A stretch of 64,000 nt of DNA, from assembly GCF_964355755.1 (NCBI RefSeq), contig NC_092675.1, positions 30,662,912 through 30,726,911 of the forward strand, in the 5' to 3' direction. The notes beneath the pieces are model-generated. The model worked only from the letters and a program-made list of their open reading frames with translations. It had not been told where the DNA came from and ran no database searches. Positions 1 to 12,895 of this stretch are shown in pieces. This DNA is from Antedon mediterranea. Taxonomy: Eukaryota > Animalia > Echinodermata. Each line of letters starts with the position of its first letter. Position 1 is the first letter of the stretch. The position numbers and the translations under genes are program-made.

Positions 1-402
1 AATACTAAATAAAGAAAATAAAACAGAATGCATGATGAGAAAGCAGAATATTCTGTCTACAGCAGCAATACTTGAGTACTATACAGCTGTCAACAAATAA
101 TGATATGCATCGTAGGTAGCAGTAGTAGTATAGTATGTAATCCTGACAACTCAATAGTACTGTTGTACCAGGGTTCACAATAATCATATAATAATATATC
201 TTAATGGCTACTTACATCAGACATGATTAGAAGCTGGAAGAAAACAGTTAATAGAGATGAAAATAAAAGAAGTACTTAATACAGCTAGATGACAGTAGAC
301 TGACTTAGAAGGGTGAATACTAAAACAGACTGATCTAGCTTCACATCAGTTAAGCCCAACAGTGAGATTGAATAGCAAACATATTGATTCATTGATTTTT
401 AC

Positions 403-439
403 CTTTGTTCCCGAGCCATTCATGTCCGTGGTAGTGATC
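403..439 (-). CDS. Probable small exon with start codon (MNGSGTK...) of an unidentified gene continuing left of the window
   Basis: Minus strand reads polypyrimidine-CCCCACAG|GATCACTACCACGGAC ATG AAT GGC TCG GGA ACA AAG|GTAAAA. It has a good acceptor and donor but is too short to identify. Confidence 0.4.
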
Positions 440-1629
440 CTGTGGGGTAGAGAGAAAAAAACATATGGTTAGTTGTTAATTCAATAAGTAAAATGGATGA
501 CAATAGACAGTAGTTATATATGCAATGTAACAGCCGGTATAATTTGGAGCCATGTGTCGTTTACGGCTAATTTGCTACATCAATTTCAATATTGATTTTC
601 AGTAACCAGCTTATTGACTCCTAAATTGAAATCAGAATTGAAACAAGTCAGTAATGCTTCATGTTTTACACCTCAATTATAAACATTTCCAGCAGACTGA
701 TCACAAATACACCTTTTGATTTTAAAAACAATTTGGTTGGCTCTAATTATGAATCAACTATGAACAAACAAACTTCCAAATATCCGGATATAAACTGTAG
801 TTTTCAATTTAGCAATGTCAGAGTCAAGGGTCGTATTCACCAATCACACTTAAGTGAGATATTTTTCTAAAATATTAAGCATTTCACTTAACTCAATACA
901 TATTTAAGTATTTCCCTTTAATTGTATTCACTTAGATAGGAGATTTTTTTAATGTTTAAGGGAGAATGTTTCCCTTAGCCTCTTGTACTGTATGTGAGAA
1001 TAGCAAATATGGCCACTGGATCCTAAGTGAATCAGGACTCACAAATGATAACTTATAGTGCTAAACTTAATCACTTCAGATGTTTATAAATTTACTTGTC
1101 TAAAGCACATTCACAAATTTTTATAAATGATTAATTAACAGATTATTATAACGGTTGTGGAAACACTTTTTAAATTCATTCAGTCAACACAAAATGACTT
1201 GGACCAAAATAGTAGCCTTGCAGAAACAAGAAAACTTTTCCTATTCTTTAAAATAAATTCTGAACCTTTGCTTATTTTGGGGTTTTTATATAGAGTCTAT
1301 TGTTCACATAAAAATATCTTTTAGGGTTAAAAAGGAATTTAATAAAAGCAAACTACGTATTTCCCATTGTACATTCAAATGTATTCACTCTGTTTTCTTA
1401 GCAATGCATACAGTACCAAAGCACTTTTATAAAAACAAAAAACAATTCATAAAAGGTTAAGTTGAAAGAGTATAGAGCAAAAAAAAAGGAGAAAATGCAA
1501 CTCAAATTATTATTCAAACCACAAACCCACATTTTCTAAAACATCAATTACTTTGCCTAGTCTTTCATATTTATTTCTTTTATTATTTCATACTTGTGTT
1601 AACCTGTTAACCACAAATTAAATCAACAG

Positions 1630-1897
1630 TCTAAGGGTTCGAGCCTCACTCGCTCCATGGTTCTGGCTGTAGAACGAGTCTTCTCGGATAAGGACTATAA
1701 ACCGTAGGTCCAGTGTACACATCTGGCTCATGTGCACTTTAAAGAACCTAGTACATCTTTCGAGACGAGTAGGGGGTTGCCCTGGTGTACTGGTATACAC
1801 ACAGCCACTGTCACTCATCAAAGAGGGCCCCTTGATTGTCAGCATACGCTGTTTAGGGTCACCCTCTATAAATAAGGTGTAATAAAATAAAATAAAG
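1630..1897 (+). mobile_element. tRNA-derived SINE with Deu/Nin-like central domain
   Basis: B-box-like GGGTTCGAGCC (1635), then GGATAAGGACTATAAACCGTAGGTCC...TAAAGAACCTAG...GAGTAGGGGGTTGCCCTGGTGTACTGG, resembling the Deu domain of AmnSINE1/DeuSINEs. Ends in an (AATAA)n tail. The 3' part recurs inverted at 35886-36026. Confidence 0.7.
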
Positions 1898-3659
1898 TTG
1901 ACAAGCAAAACTTATTTTGTTACTTAAACGCCATACAGTGACATTTATTACGCGGTGTGTAAACTCACGTTTGCTAGGACACGCGTATGTATCATTTTTA
2001 ATCAATCATTCTCATAGTGAAGTCTAAGCAGTACACTACAGAGTCAGTAGTTTACCAAAACTTAAAGTAAACCAAGAGAAAGTTAGTATTAATGTTTCAC
2101 CACTGTTACTGCATGCATACTGTTTTCACTTTGAAATAATACATTGGCAGTACAGGATTACTTTATTTCATTACATAATAATAACTAGTACAGTAATACC
2201 ATAATACAGTACTATATTGTAATTAAATTATGTAAGCAATTATTGTGAATGTGAGAAGGGTAATAATATAACCTGGTTTTCACTAAATAGTTAAATCGAA
2301 GGCCAAACAAATACAGTATTGTTAAGCGTCAATCTCTGAATAAATTTTAGGGAGGTAGAGATCGATAACCCACTCACAACCCCTATTAAATCACTATTTA
2401 ACAACTCTTTTAAAGATCATGAATTTTCAACTTCAAGAAAACCATAATAAAATCAAATGTTCCAGTACACTCTATAAAATCAAAAACACTTGCCTAAATC
2501 ATTATTTAAAATTTACCATTTTTTTTCTATTTTCCTCTCCTCACTGCTTAATATTTCTTCTGCTTCATATCATAGCCATTTTATTAATTTTATCTATTTT
2601 TCTGTAAATAATTCAGCGTCTTCATTTGAATGCCTCGTAGGTCGTTTTATTAAATTATATCTTAGTATTGTTTGCATTTTTATTTTATTGATGAATAAAG
2701 ATTGATTTGAGATAGTACAAACCAACTGCACAATAGAACACACAACAGATAAAAAAACTCTTAATATATAGTAATCTAAATTACTAAGAAAACAATAAAA
2801 TACAATAAAATCTATGAAATATTGAATTTGATTAAATTAGAGAACGCTATTTATAATACTGTAGATAAATTGACAATAAATTTATTTTTAAATTCTAAAA
2901 ATATATGTTACTGAAAACATACAGTATTAATAACAATATCCTTTCTACCACAAATACAGACTTATAATACACTCTATTTTATTTTGGCAAGAGCATATTT
3001 TTAATACTGTACATAAAATATTGGTTACTGTATACAATTGTATGTATTGTATGAGGCAATTCCTCCGGGTGATCACATTAACTTGACATACCATCAAATA
3101 GTACAATATGCAAAGTATAAACTTCTAGGCCTAACAACTTTTTAAATAAAATTAACAATTTCATTAATGACCTAGAAAAAAAATGTATAAATGATCATGG
3201 CGAGGGATTTGTAACGGACAGGAAATTAGAAATTAAAAGAGTTAGCAAGTTTAAATGAGGGAAGGATGTAAGTGCTGCTGATGACTGTGATTATTATGAA
3301 ATACTTATTATCTGAAGAATACATATTTCACTGCTTATTTCAGTACTGTATGCTATTTAGTATGCTATTCATTTTCATCCGACTGCATGTGTTCCTATAC
3401 TTGATAATATTAACTTAGATTTCAATGTATATAATAACCTCATAAAAATATTCCCTATTTGTATTCAATAATATTACAATAGCCTAAGCTTCTATAGTAC
3501 AGCTGGAAGTTGGAAAATAAACCTCAAATATTGGCATGGTTACTGCATGCTTTACATTGATTCTATTTTATTTTTACTTCCAAGCTTTTTCTCAGTTTTG
3601 GATTCTTCCAGTATTTTTTTAGTGTTTTAAAAAATTTAAATATTGATACTGTACATATA

Positions 3660-4975
3660 CAGTGGCGGATCTAGGATCTGATGAGGGGGTGGGGGGTGGC
3701 CACGAAAGTGGCAAACGAGGTGCGTAGCACCGAGCGGGGGAGGGATTGGGAGGGGGTGTCCCCCTCCCGAGGCTCCGAAAATTTTTGAAAAAATAGAAGC
3801 TTACACACTGTTTAATAGGTTAGAGAAACTGTTTCCATCACACTTTTATAACAAATATCACATAATGTAAATTTAAATAAATCCTTCCTAAATACTGTAC
3901 GGATCGTTTTTGACGAACTAATAATAATCTTTGGTCAAAAAACTTTCAAACAAAATGAACATTTGGTAATGCGTTACTCCGAAAATGTCTCTATAGTGCA
4001 TGTGTTGTGTACCGTGTTTTGGTGATCTGTTAACCTCAGAGATATATACCCTACAGCCGGGTGAATAACTCAATGTAATTTGGTATACAATGATTGCAGT
4101 AATCGCCGTGTCTATAACACAAATCAAAAAACAACAAATACGTCACATACTTTTTTTCGACCGTCCCGTGTACATACAAGACATTTTATGTTTATTTTAT
4201 GCCTATAAAATAATAAAAGAACACCATGTTTCTCGTTTATTTTTTCGTTTATACTGCATACTATAATATTATACAAAAAACCTTCTTGCGCGAAAAAAAA
4301 GTTCCCGATATTACACTCTCAGGGGTGTAAATATACCACGCTAACGCTTGCACACGCGGACGTACCAGAGCGCACCAATGGAAAATGGTGTATTTTTGGA
4401 GAGTGATGACGTCGGTATTCACACGATGAGTGAACTAGACAACGTGACGCTGGTAGTTTTAGGAGTGCGTGTGTTTTGAAAATAAATCAGTTGTGGGTAT
4501 TTTCCGAAGATTTTAAATCGCGTTTTCTTTTTAAACTCTTGAATTCATAATACAGTCAACTCTCCCAATACCGGACTCTCTGAAAACCAGAAACTCTCCC
4601 AATACCAGACTTTTTTTGAGGACCAAAAGGTCCCAAATTTATATTTACCATTAAAAACACATTCCGAATACCAGACTTTCCGGAAAACCAGACTTATTTG
4701 GCCGGCCCAAAGGTTTCCGGTATTGGGAGAGTTGACTGTAGTAATTGAACTCTTAGCTCTTTCACTGTGTAGGCCTATTTACACAACTATTAATGCTAAC
4801 CCTAGCTCTAGGCCTAGTAGGGCCTAGCTAGGCCTAGGCTACCTCTTCTTAATTAAAAGATTAATCCACGACTAGCGACGGTCAATCGCCGGTAGGTTGC
4901 ATCTTTTTTTCTTTTTTTTTGAGAATTAAGGGGGGGTGGCTAGACACCCTATTTACCCCCCTAGATTCGCCACTG
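3660..4975. mobile_element. Non-autonomous TIR element with hAT-like CAG termini
   Basis: CAGTGGCGGATCTAG at 3660 and CTAGATTCGCCACTG ending at 4975, with G-rich subterminal motifs. Flanks share only ATATA; there is no clean 8-bp TSD. Confidence 0.65.
4553..4738. mobile_element. Tc1/mariner (pogo/Tigger-like) MITE nested in the previous element
   Basis: TA|CAGTCAACTCTCCCAATACCGGA ... TCCGGTATTGGGAGAGTTGACTG|TA: a perfect 23-bp TIR with TA TSD. Confidence 0.85.
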
Positions 4976-5109
4976 ATATATTTATTTATTACGAACTACT
5001 TACTCTACTAAACTACAGCATCGATACAAACAAATTATACAACGGGGGTGGACACAGGGTTTTGCTCTGACTACTTTCTTTGTTGGATTGGTCAACAAAT
5101 TGATTAACC

Positions 5110-5248
5110 GATATCACTGTACTGACAGAAGATATCATTTCTGCAAAAACAGTAGAGTCCTTCAAAGAAAAATTGAGGGCCCTTTCTTAAGTACTACAGG
5201 GTCTATCTACCAAGTAACCAAGTAAGTAAGTAACCAAGTAAGTAACCA
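5110..5248 (+). mobile_element. Short 3' remnant of a CR1-like LINE
   Basis: Encodes LTEDIISAKTVESFKEKL, a typical LINE ORF2 C-terminus, followed by an (AAGT/AACC)n tail. Confidence 0.45.
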
Positions 5249-7615
5249 GTGGCGTTTATTGTTTCTCTGTCAGCAGTACCTACCAGTACCACTGACTGCA
5301 CCCCGCACGCTGCAGTGCATGCCAGGAGGAGGGAAAATCCTTCAGCTAGGAATCAAAACAAACTGTGTCTTTAATTAGCACTATGACGTGTGTAATGATA
5401 TTTATTGATAAAACACTAGAAAATATAACAATGCATTTGTAATGGTTTATAGAATTTAATAAAAATAGACTCAAAAGATTCCTGAATGTCTGTTTTTATA
5501 GGCCACCGTCTGTTTGACTGCGAGGCACGTAAACACACACATGCACTTACTGTGTGTACCTTTTCTGAGTGAGTCAGTCAGTCAGTCAAACAAATTTATG
5601 ACAAATTGTATTTTACTAAAAATTCAACCGAAATAGACAAGTTTGAGTTTTGACATGACAAAAGAAGCCACTGATAAATATATAAAACATAAGGAAAATA
5701 AATTTAATGTTCTATTTACCCCTCCATTCCTTGAAATAGTGAAGAATGTCTACAGAATTACAGAAGATAGGCTTAGAAAATCTGCAGGTAGCTGTACAAA
5801 GCAAAATGGCGAAAAATTAGGAGTGGGCCCTCAACGTTAATTAATTGACCATCCATCTTTTTCGCGCGTTTTTATACTCGGTGTGTTGCGCAGCAATGGT
5901 ATACACTATAGTAGAGCAGTTAATGACATGAGCTGTGCATTTTATTACCAAAGCATGAAACTTGGCACAAAGTTTCTTTGATGTATATAGATTCAAAATA
6001 TCGGGGGGTGCCAAGTGTCCAACGTCCGGTATGGCGGCCATCTTGATTTCAAAATGGCCACCATAAAAACAAAAAATGTTCATATCTTGGCAACTATACA
6101 CATTAGAGACTTAATTCTGGTCTCAAATTGTTCACAAACTATGTATTTCTATTTGCTCTAATGAAAAGTTTCGTCTAAAAATGACCGGAAATGACGTTTC
6201 TTACAGTTTGACCTTTGACCTTGTATTTGTATATCTCTGTAACTACTGGTCATTTTCAATCGATTTTGGTGTCATTTTGTTCAGAATAAATACATTTATA
6301 TTTGTAGTAATGAAACATTTTCACATAAATTGACCGGAAATACAATTTATGACCTTTGACATTAATTTATTGATTTTTAATTATGTGAATATACTGTAGG
6401 TGGTTTTTGTTGGTCTAAAGTGCACCTAATTTTGAACTTTAACCTGATAGGCGTAATTATATTAAATGATTAATGGACTTAAATTGTATATAGTACATAA
6501 AATTGGTAAACATTGTGCTTGGTGGTACCATTAGTTCAATGATGTTGGCACCTTCTGATTCGCTAAAAGTTTTAATAGTTTGACAGAGGAAATAACATAC
6601 ATGTTATTGAATACCGTAAAACCTCGAAAAGGTGATAGTATGAGCTTCTTTTCGAGACAGACTGTATTTGATTGTCAAATGAATATAGTATGATGATCGT
6701 GTTTATATCAATATATTATTAATGACCTTACAAAGAACCCTTTCTATTTCAACAATTAAGCCACAGTTATTCTACAATTTATTGTTTTCCAAGTGGTAGG
6801 CCTATTTTGATTGCATCTTATTTTTGTATTCTTCCTCGGTTAATATGGTCCTAACCCTCCTTCTTTGTCTGTAGATGATCTTATACCCCATTCTTTGTCT
6901 GTGGATGGTCTTTACCCGCTTCTGTGTCTGTTGATGGTATTATTACACCCCTTTCTTTATGTGTGGATGGTCTTACACCCATTTCTTTGTCTGTAGATGG
7001 TCTTACACCCCTTCTTTGTCTGTGGATGGTCCTACACTCCCTTCTTTGTCTGTGGATGGTCCTACACCCCTTCTATTTCTGTGGATGGTCCTACACCCCC
7101 TTCTTTGTCTGTGGATAGTCTTATGCACCCTTCTTTGTCTGTGGATGGTCTTACACCCCTTTCTTTGTGGACGGTCTTATACCCCTTTCTTTGTCTATGG
7201 ATGGTCTTATACCCCCTTCTGTGTCTGTTGATGGTATTACACCCCTTTCTTTGTCTGTTGATGGTATTAAACCCCTTTCTTTGTGTGTGGATGGTCTTAC
7301 ACCCCTGTCTTTGTCTGTAGATGGTCTTATAATCCCTTCTTTGTATGTGGATGGTCTTACACCCCTTCTTTGTCTGTGGGTGGTCTTACATCCCCTTCTT
7401 TGTCTGTGGATGGTCCGATGGTCCTACACCTCCTTTTTTGTCTGTGGATGGTCTTATACCCCTTCTTTGTCTGTAAGTGGTCCTATACCCCTTTCTTTGT
7501 CAGTGGACGGTTCTACACCCCCTTCTTTGTCTGTGGATGGTCTTACACCCTTTTCTTTTTCTGTGGACGGTCTTATACCCCCTTCTGTGCCTGTGGGTGA
7601 TCTTATACCCCCTTA

Positions 7616-7740
7616 TAACAACTTTATTTAAAAACGGATGCAACACTTGAATCACCATATTGGTGTTTTTCACAAGGCCGTTACTTACTACAAAACTATT
7701 TATACTATTACACAAGTTATCAATTACAGTACAAAAACAA

Positions 7741-7779
<39 letters not shown>

Positions 7780-10461
7780 TTTCATGAAAAAATATAGAGT
7801 TTCAAGTATATTTTATCTTTGGTCATTTATCATTTTTTTAAATATATGTATATTAGGAGCTGTAATTGCATTTGAGTTTATAGCATTTAAACTATTCCAT
7901 AGCTTTGCGCCAGAATACGAGAAACTTTTCTTTTTATACTCAGTGTTTGCCTTATGTAAACTTAGAATATCTTTTGATCTAGTATTATATGTTTGTTTGC
8001 GTTCATAGAATCTGTTTCTTAAGTAGGATGGTGTCAAGTTATTCATTATTTTATACATTGTGACTGCTTCGTTGTAATATTGTTTTTCTTCTAAATTAGG
8101 CCAATTTAAATCTTTGAGCGCCTGTGAGCTAGAGTCATACCTAGATGTATGTGTAATTATTTTAGCCGCTCTATTTTGGAGTACTTGGAGTTTATATTTG
8201 AGGGTTTGGTTACAACGACCCCATACTACATTGCAGTAGTCAAAATGGTGGGCTATGATAGATTTGTACATTAATGATTGAATATTTTGAGGGAAAATAT
8301 TGCTGCATTTTTTTAGATAGTACAGACCTGATATTACTTTATTTTTCACCTGATCTATTTGTTTATGCCATTTTAAATTTTCATCGATAATAACACCTAA
8401 ATGTTTACAGTTATTTACCTTTTCAAGTTTTGTACCGTCTATATTAATATTAATATCCATGTTAATCAATTTATTTAATTTTTGATGTGTTCCTAAAATC
8501 ATATATTCAGTCTTTTTAATGTTTAGACTTAATTTGTTACTTGCTAACCATAGTTGTACATGTTTTAGATCAGTATTTACTTTGCTTATTATATCGTGTA
8601 TGTCTTTAGATGCATAATATAACGCAGTGTCATCTGCGTACATGCTTACATTTACATGAGAAACTGAGTTAGGTAGATCATTAATATACATGATAAATAG
8701 AAGGGGCCCTAATATTGATCCCTGAGGGATTCCACAAACACTATTAGACTTTACCGAATCAACATTGTTAATATTAGTAATATGTGTACGATTTGTTAAA
8801 TAATTTTCAAACCATTTGATAACATGATTAGCAAAATTAAAATTGTGTAGTTTTTTTATTAGTATCTGGTGATTAACAGTGTCGAAAGCTTTTTTGAGAT
8901 CAAGCATTATTAGTCCTATGTATTTACCATTTTCAATACTGTCAATCCAATCTTCAGTTATATTTATTAATGCCGATGATGTCGAGTAATTTGGCCTAAA
9001 TCCAGATTGTTGATTGTATAATTTAGGGTTGATTTGTGGATAGAGTTGGTCAAAGACAGCGCGTTCAATAATTTTTGATAAAATTGGTAGTACAGAAATT
9101 GGCCTGTAGTTAGATGGTTCACTTCGGTCGCCATTTTTAAAAATTGGGCATATTCGTGCATTTTTCCATTTACTTGGGAAGTCGCTGGTTCTTAGAGATA
9201 AATTAATTAAAAATGTAATGGGTTGTACAATTGAGTTGATTGCTAATTTTATTAGTTTAGCAGGAATTTCATCAGTTCCTGTAGCCTTTTTGTCAGATAA
9301 TGATAAAATTTGTTTATATACATATTCCTCGTCAACAAGTGTGAAATTGATTTTGTCTTCACCTTGATTTGGGTATTCATAATTTACATGGTTATTTTCA
9401 AATTGAGGAATTTGTTTAGCTAGGTTAGGTCCTATGTTTGCAAAAAACTCATTTAAAGTATTAGCTATCTTGTAAGAATCTGTTTCAAGGCCATTTATTG
9501 TATTTATACTATTTATAACACTTTTTTTATTCTTAGATGGTACAATATATCTTATGTTTTTCCAGATTATTTTGGAATCTTTTGTATTTAATTGTTCAGA
9601 GAAATAATTTTTTTTTGATCTCCTGATATCGTAATTTACTTTGTTTTTTAATTCACGGTATTCGTTCCATAATTGAGGACAATTTTCTTTACTCGCTCTT
9701 TTTTTCATTGAGTCACGTTTTCGCATTTGTAATATTACATTTTTTGTGAGCCATGGACTATCTTTATTTCGAACCCGTTTTTTCTTTAAAGGTACATGTT
9801 TATTAACAATTTGTAAAAACTTGTCTTCAAAAAACTGCAGAGCGTCATTCACATTTGTATATGAAGTTATTTCATGCCAATTTACATTTAACATATCAAT
9901 TTGTAGTTTTTCCTCATCAAGGTTATTATAGTTCCTTTTTGTTTTATATTTATGGTTATGTTTTGGTTTTTCTTCTTTACCAATGACAGCGTAAATAGCT
10001 GAATGATCACTACTTCCTGTGTTAAGTACACCCGAGGAAGAAATTCGGTTTGGAAAGGATGTATAAAAATGATCAATCAGAGTTTTACTTTGGTTTGTTA
10101 TCCTTGTCGGTTCAGTTATAATTTGTGTTAGAAAATGGTTATTAGTTATATCCATTAATTTTTGTGTATAGCAAGTAGGGTTTTGTGAAAGTGTGTCACA
10201 ATTGACATCTCCTATTATTATTATTTCTTTGTTTAGACATTCGTTTTCTTCTAAAATTTGTTCAAAAATATCTAAAAGTTGAATTTTTGAGTTTGGTGGG
10301 CGGTACCATGCTATTAAAATGATTGGTTTAGTTTTTGGTTTACAAAGTTCGATTACTACTATCTCAAGCTCCATTTTCATGAAATCATTTCTTAGTTTAC
10401 AAGTAAAACATCCTCCTCTATTTACATAAACTGCAACCCCTCCCCCTTCCCTATTTCTGTC
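7616..10461 (-). mobile_element. 5'-truncated non-LTR retrotransposon (CR1/L2 group, Crack/Daphne-like)
   Basis: ORF2 is open from about 10461 (DRNREGGGVAVYV, an APE motif) to 7813. The 3' UTR has a poly-T tract and a terminal AATAAAGTT. It inserted within one satellite unit. Confidence 0.9.
7813..10380 (-). CDS. LINE ORF2 fragment: partial apurinic endonuclease plus reverse transcriptase
   Basis: Motifs YRPP, GDVN, TLIDH, SDH (APE) and NYRPIS, DLKKAFDTV, GIPQGSILGP, YADD, KHLGV (RT). 855 aa without a stop. Confidence 0.92.
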   Translation of the reverse strand: MKMELEIVVIELCKPKTKPIILIAWYRPPNSKIQLLDIFEQILEENECLNKEIIIIGDVNCDTLSQNPTCYTQKLMDITNNHFLTQIITEPTRITNQSKTLIDHFYTSFPNRISSSGVLNTGSSDHSAIYAVIGKEEKPKHNHKYKTKRNYNNLDEEKLQIDMLNVNWHEITSYTNVNDALQFFEDKFLQIVNKHVPLKKKRVRNKDSPWLTKNVILQMRKRDSMKKRASKENCPQLWNEYRELKNKVNYDIRRSKKNYFSEQLNTKDSKIIWKNIRYIVPSKNKKSVINSINTINGLETDSYKIANTLNEFFANIGPNLAKQIPQFENNHVNYEYPNQGEDKINFTLVDEEYVYKQILSLSDKKATGTDEIPAKLIKLAINSIVQPITFLINLSLRTSDFPSKWKNARICPIFKNGDRSEPSNYRPISVLPILSKIIERAVFDQLYPQINPKLYNQQSGFRPNYSTSSALINITEDWIDSIENGKYIGLIMLDLKKAFDTVNHQILIKKLHNFNFANHVIKWFENYLTNRTHITNINNVDSVKSNSVCGIPQGSILGPLLFIMYINDLPNSVSHVNVSMYADDTALYYASKDIHDIISKVNTDLKHVQLWLASNKLSLNIKKTEYMILGTHQKLNKLINMDININIDGTKLEKVNNCKHLGVIIDENLKWHKQIDQVKNKVISGLYYLKKCSNIFPQNIQSLMYKSIIAHHFDYCNVVWGRCNQTLKYKLQVLQNRAAKIITHTSRYDSSSQALKDLNWPNLEEKQYYNEAVTMYKIMNNLTPSYLRNRFYERKQTYNTRSKDILSLHKANTEYKKKSFSYSGAKLWNSLNAINSNAITAPNIHIFKKMINDQR

Positions 10462-12895
10462 ATTTCTTTGTCTGTTGATGGTATTACACCCCTTTCTTTG
10501 TCCGTTGATGGTATTACACCCTTTTTTTGTATGTGGATGGTCTTATACACCCCTTTCTTTGTGTATGGCTGGTCTTGCACTCCTTTAATTTGTCTGTGGA
10601 TGGTCTTATACCCCTTCTTTGTCTGTAAGTGGTCCTATACCCCTTTCTTTGTCAGTGGTGGATGGTCTTACACCCCCCTTCTTTGTCTGTGGACGGTTCT
10701 ACACCTCCTTCTTTGTCTGTGGATGGTCTTACACCCCTTTCTTTTTCTGTGGACGGTTTTATACCCCTTCTGTGCCTGTGGGTGATCTTATACCCCCTTC
10801 TTTGTCTGTTGATGGTATTACACCCCTTTCTTTGTCCGTTGATGGTATTACACCCCTTTTTTGTATGTGGATGGTCTTATACACCCCTTTGTGTATGGAT
10901 GGTCTTGCACTCCTTTAATTTGTCTGTGGATTTTTATTTCTTTGTCTGTGGATGGTCTTATACCCCCTTCTTTGTCTGTGGATGGTCTTATATCCCCTTC
11001 TTTGTCTGTGGATGGTCTTCTCCCCTTCTTTGTCTGTGGATGGTCACACCCCTTCTTTGTCTGTGGATGGTCCTACACCCCTTATTTGTCTGTAAGTGGT
11101 CCTATACCCCTTTCTTTGTCAGTGGATGGTCTTGCACCCCCTTCTTTGTCTGTGGATGGTCCTACGCCCCCTTCTTTGTCTGTGGATGGTCCTATACCCC
11201 TTTTTTTGTCAGTGTATGGTCTTATACCCCCTTCTTTGTCTGTGGACGGTCCTACATCCCCTTCTTTGTCTGTAGATGGCCTTACACCCCTTTCTTTGTC
11301 TGTGGATGGTCTTATACCTCCTTCTTTTTGTGTGGATGGTCTTACACCCCCTTCTTTGTCTGTGGATGGTCTTACACCCCCTTTTTTGTCTGTGGATGGT
11401 CTTATTCCCTCTTCTTTGTATGTGGATGGTCTTACAATCCCTTCTTTGTCTGTGGATGGTCTTACACCCCCTTCTTTGTCTGTGGATGGTCTTACACCCC
11501 CTTCTTTGTCTGGTCCCACTACTTTGATTGATTAAATTAGACATTGTTTCTTGTATGATTAGGAAACCAAGACCTTTAAAGTGAAAGTCCACAGGTGGAT
11601 GCCTAAACAGGTCTTGTACAGAACAGTATATTGTAGGTCCATGTCACTAATTTGAGGATTACTTGAATAATTATATTGAGATGTCTTTTACGAACTGATT
11701 TAGTTCGGATTTTGCTAAAAAATCAATGATTAGAGAAAATCGAGGAAAAGGATTCAGATGAAAGGTTTACAGCAAAGGCCCATTACCATAAAAATGGAGT
11801 ACATTTTTTTAGATGCAACGAAAAAACGATTGACACATAACAGTTTAGCAAACATGTCGGCATAGATGAGCTCAGTGATCTGTCATACTTTATGCCTATC
11901 CTATCACATCAAAAGTTAAAAATTCAGAATAATAATTCCGTGTCATTTATTTCGGTAAAAAAATTAGGTGCATTTATACCAATTTAACCACATACAGTAT
12001 GTTCACATAGTTAAAAGTTATAAATTGTATTTCCAGTCATTTTATGTGAAAATGTTTCATTACTACAAATATAAATGTCTTTATTCTGAACAAAATGACA
12101 CCAAAATCGATTGAAAATAATCAGTAGTTACTGAGATATACAGATAAGAGGTCAAAGGTCAAACTGGAAGAAACGTCATTTCCGGTCATTTTTGGACGAA
12201 ACTTTTCATTAGAGCAAATAGAAATATGTGGTTTGTGAACAATTTAACACCAGAATCAAGTCTCTACTGTTTATAGTTGCCAAGATATTAACACTTTTTG
12301 TTTTTATGGTGGCCATTTTGAAATCAAGATGGCCGCCATACCGGACGTTGGACACTTGGCACCCCCCGATATTTTGAATCTATATACATCAAAGAAACTT
12401 TGTGGAAAGTTTCATGCTTTGGTAATAAAGTGCACAACTTGGCTATTTTTATGGCGTTAACTGCTCTACTACTATAAAATCGGAGCAGCTATAGGAAGAT
12501 AGACCAGGGAGAGATGTAAAATCTCCCTGGATAGACATACACTAAACTACGTATAACATTACATATACACAATAAATTATAATTATGCAATAATAATATG
12601 CCTCTTCCCACCCATATAATATTAATTTATAATCTATTGTTGTTACATATGCTTGTACTAGGCCTGGCCCTACATACATAAACAAGAGGTATAGTTACTC
12701 TGTTCCTTGAGTTTTTGGTGCGATTAAAAAAATAAATCAATAGAAACAGAAATTTGTTTAGACCTTTTTAAAATCTTCTTGCCAATTAACTATAACTGTG
12801 TTGACGTATGATTTGACGCGTCAGCTAATTTGTTGACGCTTTTCACCAGGGGAGAAAATTTAAAATGTAGCGATGTTGTGAAATTTGAAAACGTA

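Larger units (their letters stand above)
6845..11512. repeat. 30-bp minisatellite (CTTACACCCCCTTCTTTGTCTGTGGATGGT), split by the LINE into 6845-7615 and 10463-11512
   Basis: Direct 30-bp periodicity with variant units and a higher-order duplication. It is the source of the SLSVDGLTPP / FVCGWSYTP ORFs. Confidence 0.95.
5909..12471. mobile_element. Long-TIR non-autonomous DNA transposon (Academ-like) carrying a minisatellite and a nested LINE
   Basis: [CTA]TAGTAGAGCAGTTAA... and ...TTAACTGCTCTACTA[CTA]: TAG...CTA termini with 3-bp TSD. Imperfect TIRs of about 520 bp (5909-6433, 11957-12471). No transposase ORF. Confidence 0.8.

Noticed and set aside
6924-11592. Repetitive SLSVDGLTPP / Cys-Trp ORFs
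   Set aside because: They are translations of the 30-bp minisatellite, which has frameshifting unit variants.
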